Shown: in pieces, positions 1 to 11,227 of the stretch | Layout: every line of letters begins with the position of its first letter | Position numbering within the stretch: the stretch's first letter is position 1 | NCBI GenBank assembly: GCA_001599295.1 | Contig: BCGN01000003.1 | Span: 1,240,001 to 1,304,000, forward strand | Direction of reading: 5' to 3' | From: Sporopachydermia quercuum | Taxonomy: Eukaryota | DNA: 64,000 bases | Notes under the pieces: model-generated | Told to the model about the DNA's origin: nothing | The model's input: the letters and a program-made list of their open reading frames with translations, nothing else | Databases searched by the model: none | Program-made: the position numbers and the translations under genes

Positions 1-280
1 CTAAATATACAAAAAACATAGATGCAATAATACCAATAACCATCACCCTTCATAATGGTACTGAGANAACACACTCATTATGAGAAGGATTTACAAAATA
101 GAAAGACCAATTATCCCATCAACGAATAAAAAATTTCAACTAGGCAGGTTCGCATTGAATATCCAGAGCCAGTAGAAGTATATACAGGTAAGAAAGAAAG
201 AGAAAATACAGGCCAATAAGACGATCGTGAAGAGCAAGATTCAANCCAACAACAGAGTTGTACTGTAAATACATTTGTCT

Positions 281-2362
281 TCAAAAATCTAAGTCACCAA
301 AGTTGTTATCTCTTCTACTGGAAGATCTTTTGTTGTTTCTTTCACGACTTTCGTAAGAGTTATCAGATCTTTTGTTATTTCTTTCACGACTTTCGTAGGA
401 GTTATCAGATCTTCTGTGATAGTCGTTTCTTTTTCTATCGGAATCTCTATTGTTGTAACCACCATAATTGCTACTGTTATTTCTTTGGTATCGATCGCCG
501 NAATTGCCTTGGTTTCCTTTATTTCTGTTGAATTTATATTTGCCAGGAGCATCGATTTGGTGATATGAATTATCTTGATCATATCCAATATCAAAATAGC
601 GTTTAGCCTCATGAACAGGCATTTTGAAAGTTCTTCTCCAGAACGCAGGTGATATATTAAGAGGCTTCTCACTGCCAATAGCGGACACTAAGCTCTGAAT
701 ATTTTCAAACAAAATGTGTTCTCTAATGGAGAGATTTCCTAACATTGATTGGTAAAAGCCAAGTAATGACCGAGGGCAATCAAGCTCTGTATGGCTAGGA
801 AGTTCTGCCTCAACAATTGACTCGTATTCATTATGAAGTCCGGGTAGGACTCGAGGTTTAATACCTTTGTGTTCTAATAAGGACGCAAACTTATGCTCCA
901 ACGGAGATAAAAACAGAAACGACTCACCTGATTTACCAGCTCTGGCAGTTCTACCAATTCTATGGATATAAGTAGCAACACTCCCTGGAACACCAACCTG
1001 AATTACAGTGGTTGTATTGGGAAAATCCATACCACGGGCTCCGACATCTGAGGTAATCAAAATACCTTTAGATGTGTTTTTGAACTTGTTAACAACATTT
1101 TCACGTCTGTTCATATTGAGTTTACCGTGAAGTTTTTGAGTAGAGATTCTGATATTTTTGAAAGACAATAAAGGCTGGAGAACTTCGCTGAACCAGTCTA
1201 CAGATTTGATTGTTGGTAAAAACACAATAGCTTTGAAATTTGTGTCACTAACTTTCATACCAGGATGTCTAAGTTCTGAACGAGCGGCAGCTTCCACAAG
1301 TAAGGATAAAGCTTGAGTAAAACTAGCGGCTAAACTTTCTGTTTCAATGATAGTTTGATCGATTGAATGATGCGCTTCAGCTTCATTAGGGTCAACACAA
1401 TCAATATACTTGAAGTTTTTGTCAATTAGATTGACAGCGAAATTCTTAACTTTGTAGTCAATAGTGGCAGAAAACAAAAGAACTCTATGACGATCTTCGC
1501 GTGTTCTTTGCTTAGAAATAATGGACTCAATTTCAAGAATGGTGTCCTTAAATCCAATATCGAGTAATCTATCGGCCTCGTCGAGCACAAAATAATCCAA
1601 GTTGGCAAAGACTTCTTCATAACCAGATTGGAGAATATCCAACAATCTTCCAGGAGTAAAAACAATGATGTTAGGTACCCTCCTTCCACCAAACATATTA
1701 AGTAGTTGCCTTTGCTTGTCTTGCCCACCAACTGCAACATCGACACGTAATTTCAAATCACGACGTTTATTACAAACTTCCTGCAATTCTTTCTGTATTT
1801 GCATTGCCAAATCCCTTGTAGGAGCTATGACAATGGAGCTTACCTTATTTGCATTTTTCTTAGCTGATTCAATAGCTGCTTGAAGCATCGGAATACCAAA
1901 AGCTAACGTTTTACCAGTACCAGTTTTAGCTCTTGCAACAATACCCTGATTATCTTCCAGTATGGGTAAGATTGCTTTCACTTGAACAGGTGTCATGGAT
2001 TCAAAACCTCTCGCCATGATGGCGCTTATCAACCTGTCATCAACTTTTCCTGATAAAGAAGAAAACTTAACTTTGTCATCAGTTTGCTCTACTTCAGTTT
2101 TCTCAATTTCAGGTCGCTCTACTTTAGTTTGCTCAAGCTCAGTTAGCTCAAGATCAGATTTCTCAAGTTCATTTTGTCCCTTTGGGACTTGCTCGCCATT
2201 CAAACGCATAAATGCTGAAAAATGGAAGCTTCTACTTCTTGAAGCTGGAACGCAAGTGCCAAAAATCAAACTAACATGGGACTTGATCGATAACCTACCT
2301 GATAGACTATTGCGAACAATAGGCTTACAGGCTGTAACAGCAGCTCGCCTGATTACACTCAT
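281..2362 (-). CDS. MSS116: Mitochondrial DEAD-box RNA helicase (Mss116/CYT-19 family)
   Basis: 693-aa ORF with Q motif (GFESMTPVQ), AKTGTGKT, APTRDLA, TPGRLLD, DEAD, SAT, ARGMDFP and HRIGRTAR; Arg/Ser-rich mitochondrial presequence; basic low-complexity C-tail. Confidence 0.88.
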   Translation of the reverse strand: MSVIRRAAVTACKPIVRNSLSGRLSIKSHVSLIFGTCVPASRSRSFHFSAFMRLNGEQVPKGQNELEKSDLELTELEQTKVERPEIEKTEVEQTDDKVKFSSLSGKVDDRLISAIMARGFESMTPVQVKAILPILEDNQGIVARAKTGTGKTLAFGIPMLQAAIESAKKNANKVSSIVIAPTRDLAMQIQKELQEVCNKRRDLKLRVDVAVGGQDKQRQLLNMFGGRRVPNIIVFTPGRLLDILQSGYEEVFANLDYFVLDEADRLLDIGFKDTILEIESIISKQRTREDRHRVLLFSATIDYKVKNFAVNLIDKNFKYIDCVDPNEAEAHHSIDQTIIETESLAASFTQALSLLVEAAARSELRHPGMKVSDTNFKAIVFLPTIKSVDWFSEVLQPLLSFKNIRISTQKLHGKLNMNRRENVVNKFKNTSKGILITSDVGARGMDFPNTTTVIQVGVPGSVATYIHRIGRTARAGKSGESFLFLSPLEHKFASLLEHKGIKPRVLPGLHNEYESIVEAELPSHTELDCPRSLLGFYQSMLGNLSIREHILFENIQSLVSAIGSEKPLNISPAFWRRTFKMPVHEAKRYFDIGYDQDNSYHQIDAPGKYKFNRNKGNQGNXGDRYQRNNSSNYGGYNNRDSDRKRNDYHRRSDNSYESRERNNKRSDNSYESRERNNKRSSSRRDNNFGDLDF
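323..412. repeat. 42-bp tandem duplication in the MSS116 C-tail (RSDNSYESRERNNK x2)
   Basis: Units start at 323 and 365 and differ at 2 positions. Confidence 0.9.
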
Positions 2363-3002
2363 TGCAGAAGATTATAACTACTGTCTTCTCTGAACAATGT
2401 GACTTTAGGACTTCAAGCAAATGGCTGATGGGTACAAATGTTTTTGAGTCGATATTAAAATCGGATTTTAAGTACATTCATGGAGAAGAAGAAGAGCTCT
2501 TCTGTGACACTACTAACAATCCAAAAGTGAAAAAATTATTCAATGAAAAGTATATCCCTCAATAATAAAGTTTTATAATANACCTCTGTTAGAGTTATCA
2601 CTTACCCTGTTATGATCGTATGAGGAGATTCGATGTTGCGATAAGAGCGATGATGAAGTAATTGAGAATTATTACTTCATGGATAACAGTAAAATTAAAA
2701 CACTTTGTACAAGAGAGATTAAACATTCTTATTTGAAAAACTATGGTTGAACACTATTTTTCCTTCGTTCCGTCTAAAAGTTCTAAACTCCAAGTAGGTT
2801 TGTTTACCTATACACTATAAAGCAATGACTCACATTTGCAACTCTAATGCGTTTTCATGCAATTATGACAATTTATATTAGATGTTGCAGTTTCTTGCAT
2901 TTACTTGCAGTTTACACTAATTCTTGCGTTCTTGAACTTTAATCTCCAGCAAGTTATCTGACGGTACAACATTTACAGTTTGTAAACTTAATTGCAAGAA
3001 AG

Positions 3003-3010
3003 TATAAATA
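3003..3010 (+). promoter_or_regulatory. TATA box upstream of the putative snoRNA cluster
   Basis: TATAAATA ~60 nt before the first box C. Confidence 0.45.
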
Positions 3011-3062
3011 TAGGAGGAAGTGCTCTCTATGGATTGTTTTCCTGTTCCATTCATTTGCAGGA

Positions 3063-3195
3063 ACACAATGATGAATAAATCTCCCTTAGCATCACCGTAA
3101 TAGANAGAAAGTAATTTGTTTCAGTTTGTGAATGAAGAAGCTTATCAGGAAATATTATAGCTAATTGAGGGTTTATTTACACCACCACTGAACTC
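3063..3195 (+). ncRNA. Candidate box C/D snoRNA (possibly snR55/snR40-like, antisense to the 18S UGGUGGUGC region)
   Basis: Box C ATGATGA 3068-3074, C'-like ATGAAGA 3132-3138, box D CTGA 3188-3191; GCATCACCGT (3089-3098) and CACCACCA (3180-3187) are complementary to the conserved 18S GUGGUGGUGC; internal stem AATAAATCTC..TTAGC / GCTAA..GAGGGTTTATT. Confidence 0.5.
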
Positions 3196-3352
3196 TACAA
3201 GGAGGGTATGTGATTTCTGCTTTTATGTTGGGTAGAATGCCGTACGCCACAGCATTGTACCTGTCTTTGAAAAGGAGTAGATCCATTTTTATGTAATTAT
3301 ACGTCTGATTCTTCCAGTTGTTGTTCGTTTGTTTATTCTGTTCTGTTTAGGT

Positions 3353-3385
3353 CAGTTTTCAGTTTTCAGTTTTCAGTTTTCAGTT
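3353..3385. repeat. (CAGTTTT)4 heptamer microsatellite
   Basis: Direct reading: four perfect units plus a partial unit. Confidence 0.9.
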
Positions 3386-3390
3386 CTCTT

Positions 3391-3573
3391 GTACGTGATG
3401 AGCTGAGTTTGGGATAAGCTCCTTGTTTCTCAACCATTCTCAGACATTTATGCTTTTGCAAAATGTCAATCATTGTATAAGAGTTTTTAGCATTCGGAGA
3501 TAGTATGTTCCAGGTTNTTGTTCGTTTTTCACTGGGTCTGTTCATTGAATTTCATTTAAGAACATCTGATAAA
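3391..3573 (+). ncRNA. Candidate long, structured box C/D snoRNA
   Basis: Box C GTGATGA 3395-3401, box D CTGA 3566-3569; internal hairpins CTGAG/CTCAG, GACATTT(3443-49)/AAATGTC(3461-67), CCAG/CTGG; TTAAGAAC before box D is complementary to 18S GUUCUUAG. Confidence 0.35.
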
Positions 3574-3809
3574 AATGAGCGTCTGTCCTATCTCGAAAAT
3601 GTTTGAGCTACGAAGGTGGCTTGAAGTTTGCAAGGTCAAGGGTTCTCTTGAGCCTTCTGTAAAAACTGTTACCGTTAGAATTAGAACGTAGTTTCTGGAG
3701 AGCCATCTTCTATTCTCAACAAAATAGTTTATTCGTTGTTTTGTTTTAATGTTTTAATAAAAATTTGTCGAAGTCCTTATAGCATAGTTAATTTATTTAT
3801 ACAAACGAA

Positions 3810-3900
3810 TCAAGATGATAACAAGTTCTGCTCATCTGACACCTGGGACTACCAAACTACGGAGTAGGACGTTCTATTGGTTCGTCAGTTGACGTCGTGA
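3810..3900 (+). ncRNA. Candidate snR61/U38-like box C/D snoRNA (degenerate)
   Basis: C-like AAGATGA 3812-18; AGTTCTGCT 3824-32 before CTGA 3836-39 and TACCAAA 3850-56 are complementary to adjacent 25S segments UUUGGUA-AGCAGAACU; terminal box D unclear. Confidence 0.3.
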
Positions 3901-4032
3901 GATTTTGCTTTTTGAAGATACATTGGCAATTTGTTTGGCGGAGATGTATATACATTCATTTTAGAATCATGGTTCACTAACACAATAATTATAGATCACT
4001 TTATACCAGTGGCAACACCCCTAATCCTTGTC

Positions 4033-7000
4033 ATGATGGCGATGGGTGATAACCAACAACAACCTCTACAAACTAATGGGAAAGGTATGTATTGATACTT
4101 GAAGGTTCATTATTCACGTGCTATTTCAATTTACTATCTGATGGGGATTCACGTGACTTAGCATTTGATTGAATGAGGGGCATATTCTATTCTTTTGTCT
4201 GGTAAAAGACTTCTACAAGATTGATTACTAATTATAATATAGACTCTCCTGGTTCTTTGAATCATAGCTTGATTGGAAATTCCATATTGAATGCATTTAG
4301 TCGTTTGAGAGGAGACAGCTTTGAACGCTTTTCATTAAGAGATCACTTCGATGCTAATCCGACAGGATTTTCGAAAGTACCTAGTAATGAAAATGATAAA
4401 AATAATCTGCTTGGATATGAATTTAATCGTAACCACTTGAATAATCAACAAAATATTCATAATAGTATTTTGAATAGGCCGCTAGATCTTCCTGAAATTC
4501 CCTTGTTGCATTTGAATTTGAATGAAAATGAGAAGGAAAAGCCAAGCAATGTTACTTCTGATTTTTTATCACTATCGTCTTTGGCTAATCTTAATGATTC
4601 GGCTCTCGTGAAGAATCTTAATTCAAAATCTGCTGATGTTTCTATTAAAGATAAGGCATCGGTTCCTTATTTGTTGGAAGATCAGCCATTAGTTGCGGTG
4701 AAAAACAGTTCTACACCGGTGGTTCCCCCTGTTCCTGCTAATTCCAATTTGAAGGACAGTATTAAAGAGAAAACGAAGGAAGAAGCAGATGAATCCAAGG
4801 AAGAAAAGAAGAACAAGAAGAAAAGTGAAGGGAAGTCTAAGAAGGAATCCAAGAAAGCTATTGGAAGAGAACCTACGAACGCCAAACAAGAAACAGAAAA
4901 TAAAAGTAAGAATGAGGAAGGTACCAACAATAGGCCTTCCAATGAAAATCTAGGGAAGTCCAACGAATCTCTAATAGTAACTAGTATTTCGGATAATATT
5001 GTCTCTGATGAGACGAAATCTATCCGAAAATCTACTCCAACGACTGAAGAGAAATCTCGTGTTTCAGAGTTGGAAAATATAAAACAGCGAATAAATAATG
5101 ACCACAGTGATTCAGGGATTGAAAAAAGTGCTGCAAAACCAGCTACTGAAAATGATAGAAGTGCAATGAAGGAGAAAGGCCTAGAAACGGGTCTCGTGAA
5201 ACAAAAGAAGGAGAAGTTAACGGAGAAGGAAAAAGAGAAGAATGTTTTCAAAGATAACAAACATAGAGAATCTTTAATCAATAATTCACAATCTACACAG
5301 CAGCAGTCTGATGGTAAGTCTACTACAAAGCCAGGTGATAGTTCGAGAAATAGGAAAGATATTTCAAAAGAGACCAGAAACTCTTCTCCTTCGAGTTCAT
5401 CATCAACTTCTCCATCGGCAAATGCTTATGTCACGCAAGTATCCAATATACCTGTTAGCGCTTGGGCGTTACAAACGGCTAATAACCCAAGACATGTAAC
5501 GTTACAGCATGCTTTATCTAAGTTTGCTAAAGATACTCAATTCTGGAAAACTTTACGAAATCACGGAAAGTTCCTCCAGATCCTAATCGACTGGTTTGAT
5601 TATGATATAAAACATAAGCAGTACAATCATATGATATCCGTACTCAAGGTTTTACAAAAGTTAGATTTGAATAAGAAATGGCTGAAGAAATTTGATTTGA
5701 CAAGAAATTTTGAGCTGATTTCCAAATATTCAACTAATCCCGAGATCAGAGCATTAGCTAAGTCTTTCTTAGTTAGAATTGCAACTTTAGAGGCTGAAGA
5801 AAAACATATTTCTCAGGTGCCATCAACTACAAGAACTTCTTCTGTTTTTGGTATAAAGGCGAAACGACCTGAACAGAATAAAGTGACAACTTCTAAATTG
5901 TTCAAACAGATCAATAGAGAAAATGTTCCTTCAACTCAAAAGGCTACGATGAAAATAACTAAAACTCCAATCTTCAAGAAAACATCAACCGAAAAAATAC
6001 CGATTGCTAAAATCACTGAGACTAAGAAATCTGAAGGTCCTGTTCTACCTCCTTGGCATTTAAAGGACTTGTTGAGTGGTGTCAAGATCAACAGCGATGA
6101 GTCTAAGAAGGCTAAAGAGAAAGAGGAAGTATCTAAAGCTGTAGAGACTTCACCAAAGGATTCAACCAAAGTGACAGAGAATTTTAAGGGAGATGCTGAG
6201 GAAAATAAAGGTAAGGATAAAGATGGAGATAATAAACGAAAGAGAACTATAGATGGTGATGATTCGACCGTTTGGTCTACAGAACGGCCAGTTAAGAAAT
6301 TAAATCAATCAGGAATCAAGAGCATCTTATCAGTTAAACTGTCTGATATCGATAAAGAAGGAAGAAAACTTTATGGATCTACCTCTAAAGCTCGGAAGAC
6401 TGTTCGTTTCAGACCGGATCATGAATTGACTATAGTTAAACTATTTGAAAGTGACGTAAGACCTCCGCATTATCATGCAGGCTTGCTATCGGATCTCAAC
6501 AAGAATGAAGGATCTGACTTCAAACAAAAGCGTGATCTGGATGAAGATGATTCGGGTCTCAATAAAATATCTTCAGATGAAGATGTGCCATGGTATAAGC
6601 CAAAGCCATATGATATTTCGAAATTGCCCTGGGTTAATGTCTCATCTTATGAAGGAAATTCTGAGTTAAAACAAGGTAAACAATCAGTTATATCTGAAGA
6701 AGCTCAAATTCAAAAGAACCGTGAATCCAAACAATTGCCTCTTATTGTTAATTCAATTGATGACATACCAGATACCCCAAAAGAGCTTGTTGATGAAACC
6801 GATGTTGCTGTGGAGCATAAAATGATGGTACCATTTGGATCAAGCGAAGCTTTCCTTCAAGCTTTTGATGATGATTCTTATGATCCATCCTCAGATTTTA
6901 TGCAACCAGTTGTTCCTTTTGATCCTATGGTTGGAGTTTATGATGTGGATGCATTCTATAGAAACAATGAAGATTTCAGCGGAGATAGACAAAATAATGA

Positions 7001-7655
7001 ATCAGGTATGAAGTCTTTTTCTGATCCAGCACCCAGTAGAATCTCGGATAACAATGAGAAGTCGGTAGGCAAGAAACTGGAAGGAAGCAATTGGAAAAAA
7101 GATACAGTTAAACCCCTTAGTGAAATTGATTTTCAGAAAGTTATGCAAAACTTAGAAAGCTTGAAGAATGGTGTCTCTCTAAATATTCCAGCAACGAGGT
7201 CTCAGGCGGTGCCAGTTCCTTCGTTCAGCGGCACAATCGTCCCTCCTTATAATGTCGGAGCACCGGTAATGCCGTCATCTACTGATTTTCGACTTCCTGC
7301 ATCATCTGGTTCAACTGGTTTATCCTCTTCGTACGATACAATTCGCGTATTCCCTTCTCATTATAATAACAATAATAGTAATCAATTTGGATCTTCACAG
7401 ATAGGGGTAGTTGAACCATCCAGAACAGGGACTTTTCCAATGATGATACCTAACAATACTAACAATAATAATAATGATTCAAAGAACCACCGAAACAACA
7501 TTCTTCCTGACTATATCTCACTTGATCATCTGTCGAATAGAAATAAAAATTCCAAGAACAACAATAATAAGAGTGACAAACAGAGAGTAGGAACTCCGGT
7601 GTTCGGTGTACCAGTTCGAAAGGACAGAAATGCTGGAGGTTTTTTCTTCTCCTAA
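4033..7655 (+). CDS. PP1 (Glc7) regulatory subunit, Ref2/Ppn1/PNUTS-like; exons 4033-4084 and 4243-7655
   Basis: Intron 4085-4242 (GTATGT...TACTAAT...TAG) joins ATG 4033 in frame; TFIIS-N/LW-like helical domain (VLKVLQKLDL...EIRALAKSFL); SILK-like KSIL and RVxF KTVRF followed by the PhiPhi segment LTIVKLF. Confidence 0.72.
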
Positions 7656-8429
7656 AGAATATTGATAGATTTTATCTATTGACTTTAGATATCAAAATTA
7701 CTCCCCCACAGCACCCAATCATAATGACATAGTATATATTGTTTCTTATTAATATTCAGTGCTATATACATAATGAACATATCGGATCTGCCTCCGGCAC
7801 AGGCCTCTAACGATCGACTATACCAGCTTACTGTCCATTACTTTTATTTGTAGTTTTGAAGAGCGATCCTGTAAAATGTGAAAAACTGTTATATCGGCAA
7901 CTCGTCACCAGAGCTTTGATATTTGTGTTTCTAAATTATCCGTCCCATATCATCTTCCTTGACTAAGATGACCGTCTTATTGTTAAATGTACATTCTTTA
8001 ATGTCTACATACTATTAATCATTGGAGTAAAATAACGTTGAGTAAATAACGTTTACGAGATATTACATGACACTGCATAAATGTCATACTCATCATTCTT
8101 TGACACGAGTTTTCGTTGCTCAGACAACAGGACAAATTGAGAATGACATTTTTTTGTTTACATTCAAACGATATATGGTTATCAGTGTGCTCGTTTGTTT
8201 CCTTATTACAATTAGGTAGTACTAAAAGTTGAAAATGTTTGATCAAGTAAACTGACTTTTTACGATGCGGATGAAATAAATACATATTCGGATAACACTG
8301 ATTGATAATATATCCTTCAATTCAGCTAATCAATCTTGAGCAGCTGTTTTAATTGGTTTAGAGGTAGTTTACCTTGGTGTTGTTAAAACTCCACTCGTTC
8401 CAGCTCTATTGAAGAATTTATTTTATCAA

Positions 8430-9947
8430 ATGTCCAATAAACGCAACTCTCTTGCACTGGATTCGTTTTCCAATCGGAAACTGGCGTCTCAGTTGCATTC
8501 ATCAAATAAAAGGAAATCTATGGCTGGGTTCACTCCTTTAAGTCAAATATCTCAATCAAAAATCAATAGCTCCTCATCTCGGCCACTGAACACAAACCTG
8601 TCCTTGAAACCAGGAATCTCTTCATATCGTGATAGACAAATATCTGAAGAATCATTGCCAAGAAACCAAGGGGAACAGGATGATGGGATAGAAGGCTTAA
8701 TGCCAGCAACGCCTCCTGGTCATAAGACAATTGAGACGAACGTGAGACCACATCCTAATCATATTTCATCAGCAAAAACAGATGAGTTGGAAATACCGGT
8801 GGGAAATGAAAGGTCGCCTATTAGTTTAATAAGGACTCCAACAAATTTAAAAACAGAACCAACAAACATTCGGCCGCATGGACATCATGCAAGACAGACC
8901 AATGTAGAAGAACGACCAGAAATCATCCCTACTAGTTCTCACTTAGAACTACGGAGCATCATGAAGACAGATCGATCATCAGTTGAAGTAATTGGAGAAT
9001 CCATCAAAACCCCCAATGGTAAAACAACATTTTCTGAGCAGAAAAAGGCTGCGGAATCCCCTGACAGAAGGAGTAGCTTCTTACCACCAAATGCTTTTAT
9101 GCAGCCTATAGATCCAATTGAAGAAGTAGTAAGACGATCATTTGATCAGAAGGATAAAGTCGACAGTATCCATACTAGAGCTAGAAATACTACTACACAG
9201 ACACCCGAACGAAGCATTCAGAAAGAAGACAGTTTCACCGTCCCCACCAGTCCTAAGGAACATGGAAGAACAAGTACTAATGTGTTCCCTGAGCTCAATG
9301 ATGATTCCATAAACAATGGCAGAGATTCTTATCAAGCTGAAGATGTAGAGAAAGAAAGAACGAAAGAAGAGATTATCTTACTAAATGAGAACTCGCCTTT
9401 GAAACTTATTAAGAGTGCAAATAAAAATAAACGACATGATAGTAACGACTCAAATATGGTTCTTACGCCGGTTAGAAATTTTAAATATGGTGAAACTTCG
9501 TCATTCAATCAGTTAAATAGATCTGGATTCAATTTTGAGCTCCCTAATTTATCTCCAGACTCAATTCCTACAATCACATTAAGCGAACTGGAAAACGAAA
9601 AGANTAAATATCAAAAAGAAATAGATGATCTAATAAACGACAATTTGTTGAAGGATCATGAAATAAAAACCTTGATGAAAAAGTTGGATGATATTGAAAG
9701 TATTCATGAAAAGAAGTTGACTGAGACGGTGGAAAAGCTATCTAATGAATTGTACACTCAGTATTCCAAGAAGCATGAATATAAAGTTAGTGTACTCAAA
9801 AAGAACTTGGATATAAAATGGATGGAAAAGCTGGAAGAAAAAGAGAACGACATCAAAAGGCTTAAGAGAGAAATCAGTAAAGAACGTATTGAAAAAGCTG
9901 AACTGGTGAAAATGTGGGATGAATATGAGAAACTCAACAAACCTTAG
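8430..9947 (+). CDS. SLK19: Slk19/Alp7-like fungal TACC kinetochore/spindle protein
   Basis: First ATG at 8430; S/T-P-rich disordered N-terminus; C-terminal coiled coil with ELYTQYSKKHEYKVSVLKK, the fungal TACC signature. Confidence 0.65.
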   Translation: MSNKRNSLALDSFSNRKLASQLHSSNKRKSMAGFTPLSQISQSKINSSSSRPLNTNLSLKPGISSYRDRQISEESLPRNQGEQDDGIEGLMPATPPGHKTIETNVRPHPNHISSAKTDELEIPVGNERSPISLIRTPTNLKTEPTNIRPHGHHARQTNVEERPEIIPTSSHLELRSIMKTDRSSVEVIGESIKTPNGKTTFSEQKKAAESPDRRSSFLPPNAFMQPIDPIEEVVRRSFDQKDKVDSIHTRARNTTTQTPERSIQKEDSFTVPTSPKEHGRTSTNVFPELNDDSINNGRDSYQAEDVEKERTKEEIILLNENSPLKLIKSANKNKRHDSNDSNMVLTPVRNFKYGETSSFNQLNRSGFNFELPNLSPDSIPTITLSELENEKXKYQKEIDDLINDNLLKDHEIKTLMKKLDDIESIHEKKLTETVEKLSNELYTQYSKKHEYKVSVLKKNLDIKWMEKLEEKENDIKRLKREISKERIEKAELVKMWDEYEKLNKP

Positions 9948-11227
9948 ACTCTAATCTTCTCAACTCATTTCATTCAGCTTCGTTTTTGTCGTCCTTCGCG
10001 AATTTTATTGATGTGATGTAAAATTAAGGTTTATATGAAAGTTCGAGTGAAGTCTCTTTTCAAATGCAGTTTCACCTAGCAGTTCATTTAAATTGACATA
10101 ATGTGACGAATGAAATATACTTATTTAATCAGAATCGGACATGATAAATAAAACATTCAATAGTGAGTTCTTTTTGTATTATTATTATTGTTACAATTAT
10201 TTAGTAGCTACAGGAAATCTGATTATAATGAATTTCTTTATGTATTGTACTCCTTTCTGTAGCCCATTTTTTCGTTCATTTTATTGAAGTTTTGTCAATC
10301 GTAAACCTTAATCTAATCTATTTTGCTTATAATTCATATTCAATCAAGCAAAATCAAAATAAGCATCTCGAAGAACTCTCCTCATCAATGTCCAGTTTTC
10401 ACCCTCTTTGGCTGACCAAGGATATATTCGGAGATTTTATTCTCTCAATTCACACAATTGAGCCTAGCGTTTGCTTCTAATCAAAGTAAACAGTGATCTA
10501 ATAGACAGCTAGTCATGCATAGATAGTTCTATCACACTCAAAATCACAGATAGGATACTCCATAGAGTTTAATGTAGGGAGATGCTAGTGAATATATGTT
10601 CCATTTACTTTACTGAAATCCCAACTGTAGACATTGTAGTCAGTTTAGCGAGTCATGCGTTTACCGATTGATCGGTGGCTATATTGAATTCATAGTAACT
10701 GTTTCATCTCCTAACATTTAACCTAATGCCACCAATCAACGACCTTCCCTANCCCAATTATCCATTCTTATCCTCTCTTCTAATCCATCCATTTGCTTGA
10801 TCAATTACCTCTCCCTACTATGTTTCATTTCAATATTGCTCTTATAACTCTCACCCATGAACCAATTACCTTACGAACTTACTTTTCAATATTGGAAAAA
10901 GTCTCGATTCCTTATTTTGTGCCATTGAAGCGAGGATTTTCTGATTGTATAATCATAAAACCATCAAAGTTTGGCTTTGTTGCTGAAAACTTTAATGTGT
11001 AGAGAAAGGATAATTGCCAGGCAGGAAAAAGAACGGAGGAGCTTGTATTGAATTCACAATGAAGCTAGGTAAAAAGATGATATTGGTTATATTGTAAAGA
11101 ACAGGACAATTAGAAAGAACCTATTTAATGAAGAGTTGCATTACTAGAAAATAAGTGACGCGTTTGAAGAAAAAGAAAAAAGAATAGAAGAAGAAATTTC
11201 AAATCTCGGTTATCGATTGTCCTAAAA

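Noticed and set aside
4221..4242. TTG start given in the ORF track (similar non-ATG or extended starts for MDM12, TAF4, COQ10, RCL1, HEM15)
   Set aside because: These lie in introns or UTRs; spliced or downstream ATG models restore conserved N-termini
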